Of a stretch of DNA of 64,000 bases, positions 25,400-39,312 are shown one piece after another. Source of the stretch: Schmidtea polychroa (taxonomy: Eukaryota); assembly GCA_044892525.1 (NCBI GenBank), contig CM097885.1, positions 5,148,001-5,212,000 on the forward strand, in the 5' to 3' direction. The position numbers were made by a program, and so were the translations under genes. The notes below the pieces were generated by a model, which was given only the letters and a program-made list of their open reading frames with translations, searched no databases and had not been told where the DNA came from. Each line of letters begins with the position of its first letter. Positions within the stretch are counted from its first letter, which is position 1.

Positions 25400-26300
25400 T
25401 TTATTTAATTTACTGATAATTACAAGAATTTAATAATGTACTGAAACCTAAATGGGTTTCAGAAAACTTAGAGAAGGTATTTTAGTTAAAAACAAGTCCA
25501 AAATAGTAAACTATTTAAGTTTTTATGCACCAATAGATATGGAACTTCTAAAATTAGTTTTGATGAACTCGAGCAACGGTTAACTGATCACAATACCATA
25601 CCTGACGATGAAGATAAGGCATACGTTGTAAACAATTTCATTTAATTTGACGACGACGACGACGATGATGATGATATGCATTTAGAGTACAAATTTCAAC
25701 AAAACATTTGGTCATTATATTTCTGAAGTCTAAATCGATAAATGCTACATATAAACTTGTATGAGAAGAAATACCAGTATTAATTTTTGAAACAACTGAT
25801 CAAGATTGTCATTTTCATCCGTTCAAGTGAGCATTAAAATTAAAAACCGAGCATTTTAAGTTTATGTTTCAAAATTTAAGATACAAAAAAGACACAAAAG
25901 AAGGAACGTTTCTAAACATATGGATTTGGGTGGGGATAAGTTTCAACGTGATGTAATGGATGACATTAATGTTTTACAATTTTCCCAAAATGCAATTGTA
26001 TTCGAAAGCTCTGTGAAATGTTTTAAAAAATGAAAACTACAAAATGACTATTGATTATATGAATAGTCAACGGTTTACAGCGCAAAAAATTGGTACGAAG
26101 GATCAGGGTTTAGATTAGAGTAATTAAAACAACGGACTAGAATCATTCAATAATGTTATAAAGAAAAGATAACTTTACGAGAACCTAAATTTATGTCTTG
26201 AAACATGTGAAAGATGGTCAAACTGGTACAAGGAAGGAAACAAAATATTTATCGGAAAACCATCTATTACGAAAATTCATTAGTTTGCTGAGTACAAGTG
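25400..26300 (+). mobile_element. Mutator (MULE) transposase relic in the palindrome spacer
   Basis: ATYKLV*EEIPVLIFETTDQDCHFHPF (~25743-25825) and NNGLESFNNVIKK (~26128-26166) are MULE DDE-domain motifs. Confidence 0.78.
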
Positions 26301-26573
26301 GTGTAAAAGCAACAGTGGTAACTTCTATGGAAATTGAAACCAAAACTCAATATTACTATCCACTAGATGAACAAGAATTCTATGACAATATCCCCCCGGT
26401 CAATATCGCCAGACAACATTCCTCTGGACAATATCCCCATGTTGTGACTGTGGTTAGACACATGAAGACCATTAGTACGAACTACGTCAGAACTATTGCT
26501 TCAGACATAACATTGCACAGTCGTGCAATAAAAAGCATATAATAAATAAAAAATCAATATATATTATTAAAAT

Positions 26574-26680
26574 CAGTGTTTCGAACCCGAACCCGAACCC
26601 AAAACAAGCTCCGGTTCAAACAAATTTGTGAACCCGAACCGAACCCGAACCCATTCAAAAACCGGGTTCAGGTTCAATAA
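26574..26680. mobile_element. Probable hAT-like element terminus with GAACCC subterminal repeats
   Basis: CAGTGTTTCGAACCCGAACCCGAACCC...GGGTTCAGGTTC. Confidence 0.5.
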
Positions 26681-29283
26681 AAAAACATTTTTATTTTAAT
26701 TTTTTTTCCCTAGAAAAAAAAATACATTTTTTTAATTTTTTTTGAGAAATTTTTTATTCCTGAATAACAAAAAAAATGAAAAAATGTATTTTTTTCTAAG
26801 AAACATTTTTCTTATTTTTTGTTAGTTTCTCAGAACATGAATATTCCGTAAATCGTGCATGAATGAACATGAACAAATTTACATTTGGTTTTGTTACAAA
26901 CTTTTGTATTGATTACATCGTCGCGATTTATGTATATTATTTTTATCATTTTCATCTAGTGTTCATCAAATCTAGATTGTTGTTATAGTGATTGTATTAT
27001 TTTCTCCATTTTCAAATTAAATTTAAAAATCAGAAAGAAAAATTATTCCAATTTCAACAGTCAAAGAAATTTGTAGCCTGATACTATTATACTATTATTT
27101 AAAAAGTGTGTAATATTTAAAAAAGTATGATGCTAAATAAATTAATTAATTGAAAATAAATATTAAAAAATTAAAAATACTGTATTAGAGAAAGAACTTG
27201 GATAAAACATTAAGGTAACTATAACTAATATTATTAAAATTTAATCTCACACTAATAAACGAATAACCATTTCTTGTTTGATGTTGTTTAAACCATCAAT
27301 TTATTTAAATTTCCTTTTAAAATATTGTCTCAAACATGTCCTTCAACATTAATTCATGTAATTATTTGATTACTAATAAGAAAAGTTTAGAAACGAAGAA
27401 AAAACAATATAAAGTAAAGATTGATTATATTCAATTTTTTAAAAAAATTAAATTTAAGTTGACAATTGAATTCTGGCATTTATTAGAATATAGAAACTTG
27501 AATTAAAAACAGATTATTTCGTAGAAAATTTAGAGATGAGCAATTTGTAAGGTATATTAATATTTTGGTTTTGATACAAATATTGTAATAGATTTAGACT
27601 TAAGAAATGTAATGACCAAATGTTTTGTTGAAATTTGTACTCTAAATGCATATCATCATCATCATCGTCGTCGTCATCGTCGTCAAATTAAATGAAATTG
27701 TTTACAACGTTAAAATATTTCTTCCAGATGTTTCAGTTTATGAAATCATTTAATTGCATATGTTTAGAAACGTTCCTTCTTTTGTGTCTTTTTTGTATCT
27801 TAAATTTTGAAAAAAAGCGCGCTGGAATAAAACAAATGCATACATAAGTTGTAGTTAGTTATAGTTACCTTAATGTTTCATCGAATTCATCCTTTTCTCT
27901 TGACTCCGTGTAAATTATGAATAAACATTTGACAAATGGATGGAATTATATGATAAATGCATTAAATTATATGATAAATGCATTAAATTATCTTGATCAG
28001 TTGTTTCAAAAATTAATACTGGTATTTCTTCTCATACAAGTTTATATGTAGCATTTATCGATTTATTTGCTTGTAACCAAATTTATTTACATCCTAATCA
28101 GAGCAATATTTATTTATATTTCGAGATATTACCAATAATCAATTATAGAATACATTTCCCAGAATTAAAAAAACTTGCAGTTAAAATTCACTAATTTACG
28201 CATATATTTGACATGATGTTTATAATAATGTAATAAATATGGATTTGTAAATATTGGCACAATTACAACATTCACTTTGTAGATTATAAATTTTGACTGA
28301 TGTTTAAGACAAATAAGTAAATAGTGATGGCTACTTTAACAGTGCACTGCACAAATGTAATCAGTAAATAAGGGATTTAATTTTACTATTTTACTATCGC
28401 ACGTATTTATCGATAATAAAGAATGCTTACAGTCGACCAACAGGACAAATGATATTCGATTTCAAAAATCTATGGTAACTTTATGTGGATAATGTTGCTT
28501 ATCATGCATATGTTGCAGCCAGGGTATGAAAGGTGGAGGCGGGCGGGCAGTGGAGGGTGAGGTATTAGATTATTAGGATTATATAGATTTGTGTGGAGAA
28601 TTTAGGGAGAACAGTTGAGATTGATTTAGCCAGGATATGAAAGGGGGGATCAGTGAATGGTGAGGTATTAGATTAGTAGGATTATATAGATATGTATGGA
28701 GAATTAAGGGAGAACAGTTGAGATTGATGCAACAAATGATAATGTTTAGTCTTTTGTTAGTTATTGATATTGTGAATCAAACTAGGAATAAAGGAAATAT
28801 CATTATTTAAGTACCATTCGAAATTTGACCCTTTTTAACCTTCTAACTTGTTACATTTGCTATATCTCAATTAGCAACAATTAGCCATGTGAGGGTAACC
28901 AAATAGGCTGCTTACAGACAAACAGGGTGAAATGAACCCTGTGAATTATATTTCCTTATTGCATCAAAGAATGGAAAAGAATTATTACGTGATAAATTTA
29001 CAAATAAATTTGTACCCAAAAGGGTAACGCATTCCACCGGATGTACTTCATAATCGAATTTGATGATATTACCATGATTGCTAAATGTATTGCCTTGAAT
29101 TCACTGTTTACCATACATATTAAGCAATAATTCAGATTTGCTAATAATTATATTTCCGTTTCAGTTCAGTTCATTTATTTGCAATTTTTCCTCTTCGGAA
29201 CCAATTTATTGTACAATTTACCCAATCAATACAAGATATGTATGGATAATTTAGGGAGAACGGTTGAGATTGATATTCAATTA

Positions 29284-29317
<34 letters not shown>

Positions 29318-29567
29318 TATTTATTTAATTTATATTTAATTAATTATTATTTTATTTATTATTATTATTAAATTAATTATTATTATTAAGAAATGTATAT
29401 ATAACTATTATTACCAATTGAATGTCCGCCATAATTGGTTCTGAGATTGAATGGGAAGTAGATAAAGATGAATCTGAGGATGCAGAACTACTGGCTGGAA
29501 TTGTAACTGATTGGCTTGAAAAAAAGCTGCCACTGTTACTCAAAGCTTGGCTTGTACTTGACTATTA

Positions 29568-29669
<102 letters not shown>

Positions 29670-29884
29670 ATTATGATTGATAACTTGTGATGATCATTCA
29701 TTGGTGAGATCCTAATAATTGATGAGAGGACACAGCACATAGATGTGTACCCAAATAAAATGAAAGAGCAACAGTGTAATGTGAGTTTAATGAATATCGA
29801 GTGCCACCGAGTGCAAGTTAAACGTCAAAGGTATTGTTACCATTATTATTCATAATATATATATACAAGAGATTTCGTTATTTT

Positions 29885-32345
29885 TTGCGCATTAATATGT
29901 GTCCTTTTTATATAATTGAAGATGTCCAGGAGTACTCCACTCTCCATCCATTTCTTCCACTGTCTGATAGGGATGTTATCTTCTCCTGGTGCCGAATCAT
30001 TCCCGGATATCTGGAATTTCTTTTATGAAATAAGCATCTAAGATGCTTTTGGGAAGGTCCGCTGGGGCTGACTCGTTTTTATATATTTCCTTTATTGCTC
30101 TTTTTGGAGCTATAGCAAATAATCTTTGTATTTGATATGAGCATTTGGAGATGTTGATCTTTCCACCTCTTTTGTTCTTTTGTTTAGGGATTGATTCATT
30201 ATATTTGTTCGTGAACCATTGAAGTACCGAATCTATGTCTATCTGTAGTAACTTCAATTTGAGAATTAATTCGTCTATTTCTTTATTTGACTTCTTTGGT
30301 GTATTCTTCTTGGTATCTTTCAATTCTTCCATAATTTGCTTCCCAATTATGTTTCTAATTTTGATTGAGTCTGGGGTCTGATAATTCAGTCGTTCAGGTT
30401 TATTCACAAAGTCCTCAATGAATTGTAGGACGTATGTTCCACAATCATAGTCATTTGATTGTTGAGGAATTAGTCTGTTTTCTATTGATTTAAAGATAGT
30501 TCTTTCTTCCACTGTATTTTCCAGGAATTTATCTAGTCTGTCTTTTATATTACACTTTTGCAATGGTGTCATTTGATTGTCAGAGTCCAGGATAATAGAG
30601 GTTTTATCCTCATAGTTAGCCAGGTAAACAATCCAATGGCAGTTGTTCCAGTGAATAAGCCAGACTATTAGTTCCCATCCAATCAGGGAGTCTATCTTGA
30701 TTTCATTATGAAATGTTCTCAAATTTCGATTGATCAGCAAATTTGCCAGTCTTGGTTCAATGTATTTGATGTTTTTATTTATTGATTCGTTTTGTTCCAG
30801 GAGAATTTTGATGTAAGTCTCCATTGCAGCCAGTGATGGTCAGCTGTTCTGTGATGGAATGTCACTGTGGTCTATTGTTGTTGATCCAATTCGTTTGTTT
30901 TTAATATCACGATCTGTGTGGATTTTTGCATGATTTTGGCATTCATTTCCTTTGAATGGTTTTTCACATTGTACACACTTGATCATTGGCTGGGATTTAT
31001 CTTTTAATACATCCTTATTTTTTAATCCATTTTTATGCTTATTTATCATATGGTTCCAAGCATCATCGTATTTTTTGGTCTTATATACGTCTTTTTCTTT
31101 ACAGTGGTTACATTCAATATTATACTCATTATTCAGAGTAAAGTCGAAGTCTGGTATTGGCACATCTGGGTCTGTTGGTGCGCCTCCTCCTTTCATTTTC
31201 AATTTGTTTCTCTGAGTTGATGGAGATTGTGTTTGTCTCCTTTTACTACTTGATAGTTCTTCATTAGATGATATGGTTCTATTTCTTTTCGATAATTTTG
31301 TGTTTTTGTCTATTTTTGGCTCCTTAAAGATACCATACACTGCTGTAGTATTATCTTCAGCAATAATTCCCTTTGGGGTATGACTTTTTTCTATAATTTC
31401 TTTTACAGTTTCTGTTGGAGATACTTCTATAGTTTCAGGGATAATCTCACTCTGTATGCTGCTTTCTGTTTCTATCAATACAACGGACTCTTTTTCCTTG
31501 GGTTCATTGGGTATTGATTGTTTTTCTCCGAACAGAGTTATGCATTTCTGAAACTTGAATTGGCGACTTATTCCAACCGTTGTCCTTTGGAAAAAGAATT
31601 GGAAAAAATTCGCAACTAAAGTTTGCTCTTCTTGATCCTTTTATTAATCTGTTTATCTTCAGGTTGTCTTTTTCGCTAACACTCTGGTTTTTCGTCCTAG
31701 GCTTGAGATTTGTTAACCAGCTTTCCGGTACCGTGAAATATTTAGCAAAATTTGACATGTCAAATTTTGATTCTTTGAATTCATTCATGTTATCTTTAAT
31801 GTACCTGCTTACAATGTTGTAAGTTATAAGCAAGGCATCATTGTTCTTGAAATTATATTTGTGAGTAGCCAGTAGAAATTGTTTCACCTCCACAAAGGTT
31901 TCATTCGATATATTCATTTTCACATAATTCTCGAAGTTGCTCTTCAGGAAAATTTTTCTTTTTGATTTGTATTTTTTGGGTTTGAATGTATTGACATCGA
32001 CCGTCTCATTGTTGTCATTGTTGTCAGTCCATTCAATTGGATTTCTTTTAATATTTTTATAATTTTTCGATTTTGGCTTTGATTTGGTTTTTTCAATTTT
32101 TTCCTCTTTATGATTTAAGATTGGGAATTCCTTTTCAAGTGTTTCATTGTCTAGAATTGAAAGAGCATTGTAGCGATTTGGTGGAGTAACCATTTTTTGG
32201 AGATGTTCAGTGTCAGAGATATCATCCAGGTCAACATTCTGATTGTTCTGCGAAGCAGAACGAGTCTTCACGGAGGGCCCCGAAGAATGGCTACTCAAAA
32301 CGGTTTTTATTGTTAACTTTGAAAGAGACTGCTGGTAAATGTTTG
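29885..32345 (-). mobile_element. NeSL/LIN-type non-LTR retrotransposon 5' portion (fuller copy): N-terminal region, 2 CCHH fingers, Ulp1 protease
   Basis: Consecutive ORFs 31504-32298, 30840-31478 and 29997-30824 form one ORF broken by stops/frameshift; contains the PNRYNALS motif; no RT. Confidence 0.88.
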
Positions 32346-32956
32346 AATAACAACAACAAGAAGCAAGTTATAACAGAGAAAACAAAAAAACCCGCATTAT
32401 AAAACATACTTAACATTCAAAGTTGCTAACGCCCTAAATAATGATAATTATAAAGCATTTTCATTCGAATTATCAAAAAAAAATTGGAATACCAAAGGGG
32501 GACCGTACCTGTATCGTAATATGACTTCTTACCTATATCGTAAAGATAGAAATGGACCAATATCGTAAAAGTTAAAAATGGACCTATATCGTAATCCAGG
32601 TTTAATCTGTATATTATAAAATAGAGATAGAGATAATTTATTTTTCAAACATTCAATAATTTAAATGACAGGTTTAATGATAAAGTCAATTTTTTCACCA
32701 CAAGATGGACAAACAGGGATGTCTGAATTTCTAACTGATTAATATACCCTTGCGACATGTTGAATGTGACCAGTACCCTTGCTAGCAATACCCATAGGGG
32801 GACAGAATATTTAGCCGGATAAACTCAGACTATATGGTCTTTATTAATATATCAAAATACTGTTACTTTGAGTTACATGAATGTTTTTTTGTCTCCATAT
32901 TTCTTGTTACAATATAGAAGAAGAAATTAAATTACGATATTAATTAACATTGCTTC

Positions 32957-34020
32957 TGTTAAGATCGAAAAACGGGGACTACAGATCTTAACACAAAAGA
33001 CTCCAATAACTTAATTAAGATAAATAAATAAAAATAAATATAAATAAGTTATTTAATGTGGTTGCGTATATGAGTTTTAAATCACTGAATTAACAACAAA
33101 CGCCTTTCTCTTTTATAAAAATGTATTTAATAATTTACAACAGATATTTATAAAATATGTTCAAAGAGTACAAGTAAACGGATTTATTAATCCTTACTGT
33201 TTACCAACAGCCTGCAAGAAATCGATGGCTCCTGTGTAGCACAACGATCGCTAAATAAAGTAGAAAGATAGTGGAAAAGCAAGAGGGTTGATTTTGGGGC
33301 TACCAGGTAACACGAAAGTCGCTATCTGTACTTTGTGTTCGCTTTATTTAATTCCCTTCCCAAGGATAATAATTTATCCTTACCCAACACAATTAATTAA
33401 ATCTTTTACCTTGCCTGAATTTAACTGCTCCTTCTGTTGTCACTAATCTGTTTCAATTTCTCTTTCAAGTTTTCCTTTTCCTCTGGTCAATTCTTGTCCG
33501 TAATTTATAGAAAAGTTTCTGCGATAATTAATTCGTAATTTGAGCCGGAATTTCGCCTTGTGAGACTAAAATATTTAAATTTGATCCGAAACCTTGCGAT
33601 TGTGGTCAAATTCTTGGAATTAATTTATCTAGGTGATTCTTTAATCACGTTTCTTCGATGGATCAATTAACTACTTTTCTGGTTATTATTCTCTCCAATC
33701 TATTCGTTAATTTAACTTTCAATCACAGTTTTTATCGTCCTCAAGATTATCGTCTCCAATTTTTCTCTCTCTCGTTTTGGTTTTGAAACGGTAGTTATAT
33801 TATTTTTTACTTATTTAATATATTAATAGTACTTATATAATTACTATATATAGTAATAGTATTCACAAATATTCCTATATATTACTTAATATTATTAATA
33901 GTAATTAAAAAAACTTATCTTTTATTTTCGGTAACACTTTATTATTTTTATTTATGGTATTACTAATTATAGTAATTTTTTATTTATTTTGTCACTAAGG
34001 CTCCAGGCCTATCCCTAACA
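32957..34020. mobile_element. Solo LTR, mirror copy, TSD CTTC
   Basis: CTTC|TGTTAAGATC...CCCTAACA|CTTC; 13 bp longer than the left copy. Confidence 0.88.
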
Positions 34021-36466
34021 CTTCTTACGATACAGAATTTTCACGATATAATTCCCATATTACGATAAGTTTTTTTACGATACAGGTAGTGGCAATCATA
34101 CCAAATACTACTTACCGAGCCTCATTATTTTATTTATTTTGATATTTTAGATATTTATTTATAAACTTTTTATTTATCTACCTATATCTTATCTTTTTAT
34201 TTTTTATCTACCTCTTATTTATCTAATTTTTTAACCTATTAAATAAATTTTAACTAAATTTTACTCACCTCGTTTGCTGACTTGTTTGGCTATTTAACTT
34301 ATCTGTTAAACATTCAATTTTATGTTCCCGTTCCTCTATTGCAAGATCTTTTGCGTGCAGTTGTAATTGAAAATCTTCTGCTTTTTGCATCGAATTTTTT
34401 AGCTGTAAAAAAATTGAATAAAAATAAAATATAAGAAAAAACAATAAAATCACAAAATAACTTACAGCATTTTGTATTTTTGAATTCTCATTCTGTGTTA
34501 ATATTAGTTGAGATTCAAGTTTTGTGTATTGAATTTGTTTTTCTTCAAATTCCTTCAAATACTTTGTTTCTATTTGATTTTGCAATTTTTGTTGAATGTT
34601 TCACTTTATTGCTTTAAATAATAATAATAATTATTAAATACCTTATTGGCTGAGGGCCTACTGGGGATGCTCCAGCGCACCGACCCTCGTCTCAACAGCA
34701 TCAAGCCTGCCAATTATTTCTTGTTGGGCAGCTGCCATTTCGTTTTGGGCAGCCGCAATGCCATTTATTTGTTGCTCCATTGCATCCAGCCTGTCATTCA
34801 TTTCGTTTCTCATTTGTTGTATAGCTTGAAGCGCCGCTTGATTACCACCTGGTGCTACTGTCGGGTCATTCGTCTCCTCTGGCTGGACAATGACTACTTG
34901 TTCCTCTGTCGGGGTATGCTCCCTTTGCGGGACAGGCACAGGGTGCCTCTCCAGCCCTGAGGCACGTACAGTTTTGGTGCAGTCCTGGCGTGGACAATGC
35001 ACTTTTGCGTGATTAAATTTTTTGATCAATGGCATGTGATCAATAGCGCAGTTGCCCACCCGAGGCTGGTGGCAGCAACTAATACACCTGTTTTCTCATC
35101 CTAGTGATTAAAAAATCATTTATTTAATTTAATTTGTATAGAAATTTACCTTAAATCTATCTATTAAAATCTCATTCATATAATTTTCTTCTTCCATTAT
35201 TTTTACATCTTGCTCCAGTTGTTTCTTCATTTATTCAAATTATATACTTCAATTCTAATTTTCTTTTAATACTGTTCCTAATGTTTTTGATCTCCGCCTG
35301 GTGGTTAAAAAATCAATTGAAATACCATCAGAAAATAATAGAAACTGACAAAATAATAACAACTTACAGCATTTTCTGCGTTTAATTTTTGAAGCTCCAA
35401 AATGTCCAGCTCATTCTCGAGTCCGGATTTCTCAGTTTTTAGTTGTAAACTTTGCATTTTTAGCTTTTCAATTTCTTTGTCATACTTCAATTCTAATTTT
35501 CTTTTCATACTGTTCCTAATGTTTTTTGATCTCTGCATGGTGGTTAAAAAATCATTTAAAATACCATCAGGAAATGATAGAAATTTGCATTTACTGTCAC
35601 TTTTACCATGCGAAATGTTTCCCCTTCCTCTTCCAGATCTTTTATTTTTGTTGTTAACTTATTGACTTCTTTTTCGAATATAATTTTTTATCCTTTAAGT
35701 GGCATGAGCTAAATGAAATTGGTCTTTATATGATAGTAATATAATGTAATGGGTTTAATGCAAGACAAGATAAACCAGAATATGTCTAAATAATAACTAT
35801 ATGCAATTACTTTGATAAAATCACTTACATAAATTAATTTATCTAAATATCTTTCTTTGATATTGTTCAATACAGACGCTTCAAAGTTTTGGATCCATTA
35901 GAAAGTTCTTTAAAAATGTTATTTATTGAATCTTTATCTATTTCCAGGTATTTTGAGTATTTTGGTTTAAATGATGGTTTAAAAATGGCCATTTTGAATT
36001 TAAATTTTAAATTCTAAAATAATATAATTTATTTAAACAACTACTTTTATAGTCAATTTAAAAAAAATAAATAATACATATTGTTCAATACAGACGCTTC
36101 AATGTTTTGGATCCATTATAAAGTTCTTTAAAAATGTTATTTATTGAATCTTTATCTACTTCCAGGTATTTTGAGTATTTTGGTTTAAATGATGGTTTAA
36201 AAATGGCCATTTTGAATTTAAATTTTAAATTGTAAAATAATATAATTTATTTAAACAACTACTTTTATAGTCAATTTAAAAAAATAAATAAATAATACAT
36301 TTTATTAATTTTCAGGTATAATATAGTTAAATCCATCTTTAAATTTCGCAGCAAAAATCTTGAAACTAGCAATATATATATTTAATCAAAGAATTTATAA
36401 ATAACAAGTTTTTAAATAATTCACAAAAACCGCCAATTCCAAATTATTTAAACAAAAAGATATCTA

Positions 36467-37685
36467 ACTCTGCCCTTCTTAAGATTTTTCCCACTTCTTC
36501 AGCCACTCGATTCTTCTTTCTTTCGTTCCTTCTTGTGAATATATTTCGACTCGATGAGGTATTAGAAATCTGGCGATTTTATATGGACCATAGTATTGCA
36601 TACCATCCTTGTGCCCGTTCTGCGGGTCTTTACATACGAGTACCTCCTCCCCCACCTCGAAAACACGAGTGCCCCTCTTTGTCTTATCCATAGCTCTCAT
36701 AGTTTCTGCGGTTTTACTCGAGTTAAATCTCGCGTCTTCCATTCTTTCGCTTCTTGATATCTCGGCTTGTTTCACGTTAGAGTGTAGGTTAACACTCCGT
36801 CCATAAATTATCTCAAATGGTGATAAACCTGTAGCACTTTGTCGACTGCTATTTATAGTGAACTCTATTCTGGGTAGAAGTCTGTGCCAGTTTCTCTCTT
36901 CACATCCGCCTGCCAATGTTGCTGTAATAAGATCTCTTATAGTTCTTCATGTAGCGTTGTTGTTAACAGGCCTGCAAATGTTTCTGGGACTAACATTAAG
37001 ATATTTTTGTTCTTTTCTACTGTTATTAATCCTCCATCAATTTGTGTATTTTTTACGTTAAAATTAAATCAATTCTTTTTCTCCCGTGTTCATCCATTTT
37101 CCAATATCTCTCGCAGCTCTCGAAACCGAATGTCCTTTTGTTGTTGTTCCCATACTTTTTCCATAGCTTCTGTTCTTTGGATAGTATATGTATCTAATCT
37201 TTGATTTTCCTTCCTTAGCATCTTCATGTCTTGTTTGACACTGGGTGCAAACAATACTTTTTAATGTTGATAGTCCATCTGCATTCGAGTGTTCTTCGCC
37301 TTTCCGATTTTTTGGTTCAAAATCATATTCCGACAGGTTAGCTAACCATGTTTGGAACTGCGGACTGATTGGGGTTTTTGTAGTGTTCATGAAAACCAAT
37401 GCCTTGTGGTCGATGCGAATTATAAATTTTTTCCCGTACAGATATTCTCTAAAATGCATGACGTATTCATGTACGGCGAGCAGTTCTTTCCTGGTTACAC
37501 AGTATCCCTTTTCATGGGATGACATGTGTTATGGGATTTATGAGATGTTATTGGATTCTGGAGCATTAGTAACAGTCATGAGCAAGAATTTGTGGGAGAA
37601 AATTGGCAAACCAGAACTTAAACGTAGTATGACTTTATTGTGCGGAGTTTTTTCAACTGGAGCTGAAGAAGCAATTAGTGCATAA
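36467..37685 (-). mobile_element. Gypsy remnant, mirror copy
   Basis: ORFs 37064-37525 and 36479-36916 mirror 16374-17420. Confidence 0.92.
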
Positions 37686-38489
37686 GATCAGATCAATTAG
37701 TATCGGGTTTTTTGTTCAAAACGCAAGATCAAGAACTCAGAGCCAATGTGAGAAATTTAGGGTTATATCATGTTTACTATATCCATGGACATTTCACATT
37801 GATAGCAATTGGCATAATTATTGGGCTCATTACATCAGAATTTCACCTATATGTTAGGGAAATCAGTACTGACATAAATCAAAGGTGCCATCATTATAAA
37901 GCATTTTTTACAAAACACGCTTTAAGTTTTCTCTTAAGAGTTTCCAACCTTTTTTCTTAAGATAAATTTCGGGATCAGATAATGATAAGCAAGTGATATC
38001 TTTGTGAATTCTTCGAATTACCAGCACCAGCACCAAGCTGCAACAGTGCTAAATTGAACATAGATTTTGTCAGCATATGTATCAGCAGCACACCATTTTT
38101 GTGCTGAAATGTTTCCCTTATTTATATTTAATAAGCCAATCAATAAAATGTGCTTATAAATTGATTTTATAAATCATTAATAGTGATGAGTTGATAAATT
38201 CAAATTAATTATCTATGGAAATAATAACAATTTATGGTCACGGTTCACTGTGTACCACAATCCATTTTCACGGTTTGGATTTCTCATATTTTCTTAGGGA
38301 ACTATTGTATAGTTATTGATTTAATTGTGCAAGAGGAATTGATAGAAATGGTTTGATAATAGAATTCATAATAAGATCGATATTCGAAACTCGTCCCGTA
38401 AAAAGGACCAACCTGTCTCTTCGGAGTCAGGCTTTTATTAAATAAAATTTATTTAAATCAATGAGTTTTTTATTGCTTTTCAGCTTTTT

Positions 38490-39312
38490 AACTATTTTTC
38501 AGGAACCATTGAAATGTCGAAGGATCTCCGAAATGCATGCTGGGATTGTATTGGCTCCAATATTCGAGATATAAGCCAAAATACATATAGATATGCTGAC
38601 AATCTTATCTCTGGATGTTTTATCATTGAAAACTTGGTCCGAGAGCAGCATATAGACTTCCTAAATGCATTCGAAGCAGCTATAAAAATATGGCAATCAA
38701 ACGTAAATTATAATCAAAATTACTTTAATGATGATTATTCCCATACTTTTATGAATAATGATTCTGTAGAAAAACATGCTTTTTTTAAGAAAAATGTTAA
38801 TTTTAAAGAAAATTTTAAAATCAAACTATAACGATTATAATCTTAAAAACACTCTTGATAAAATAAAACTTAGTAATGAAAATTTTATTAAAAATTACGA
38901 TTTTAAAAATAAATCCCTTTTTAAAAATAATAACGTGAAAAATTTACCATTTTTTGAAAAAAAGCATGTTAATAAATGGTTCTGTAATGATTTTATAAAT
39001 AAGGAATTTTATAAATCTAAAAATAAAAAATCAAGAAATAAAAAAGCTTAAAAAATTAAAATAATTAAAAAAATTAAAAACAAAATCTAAGTAAATTGTT
39101 TAAATATCCTACAAAAATCAGATCCGATGACAAGGCTAAAAATATGCCGACGACATTGTACTGATCTCTAACTCGTACTCCTCAATTACATCTGCTCTTC
39201 TTGAAACTGTCCGTTTAGCCTCACATGCCAATCTAAAGTTCAAACCCTCAAAATCTGGCTATTTACACCTAGATGATAAATTTAACTACCACCCGATTAA
39301 ACTGTACAATGA
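38490..39312 (+). mobile_element. RLE non-LTR remnant, mirror copy lacking the endonuclease part
   Basis: YADDIVLIS at ~39143; deletion junction at ~39312. Confidence 0.8.
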
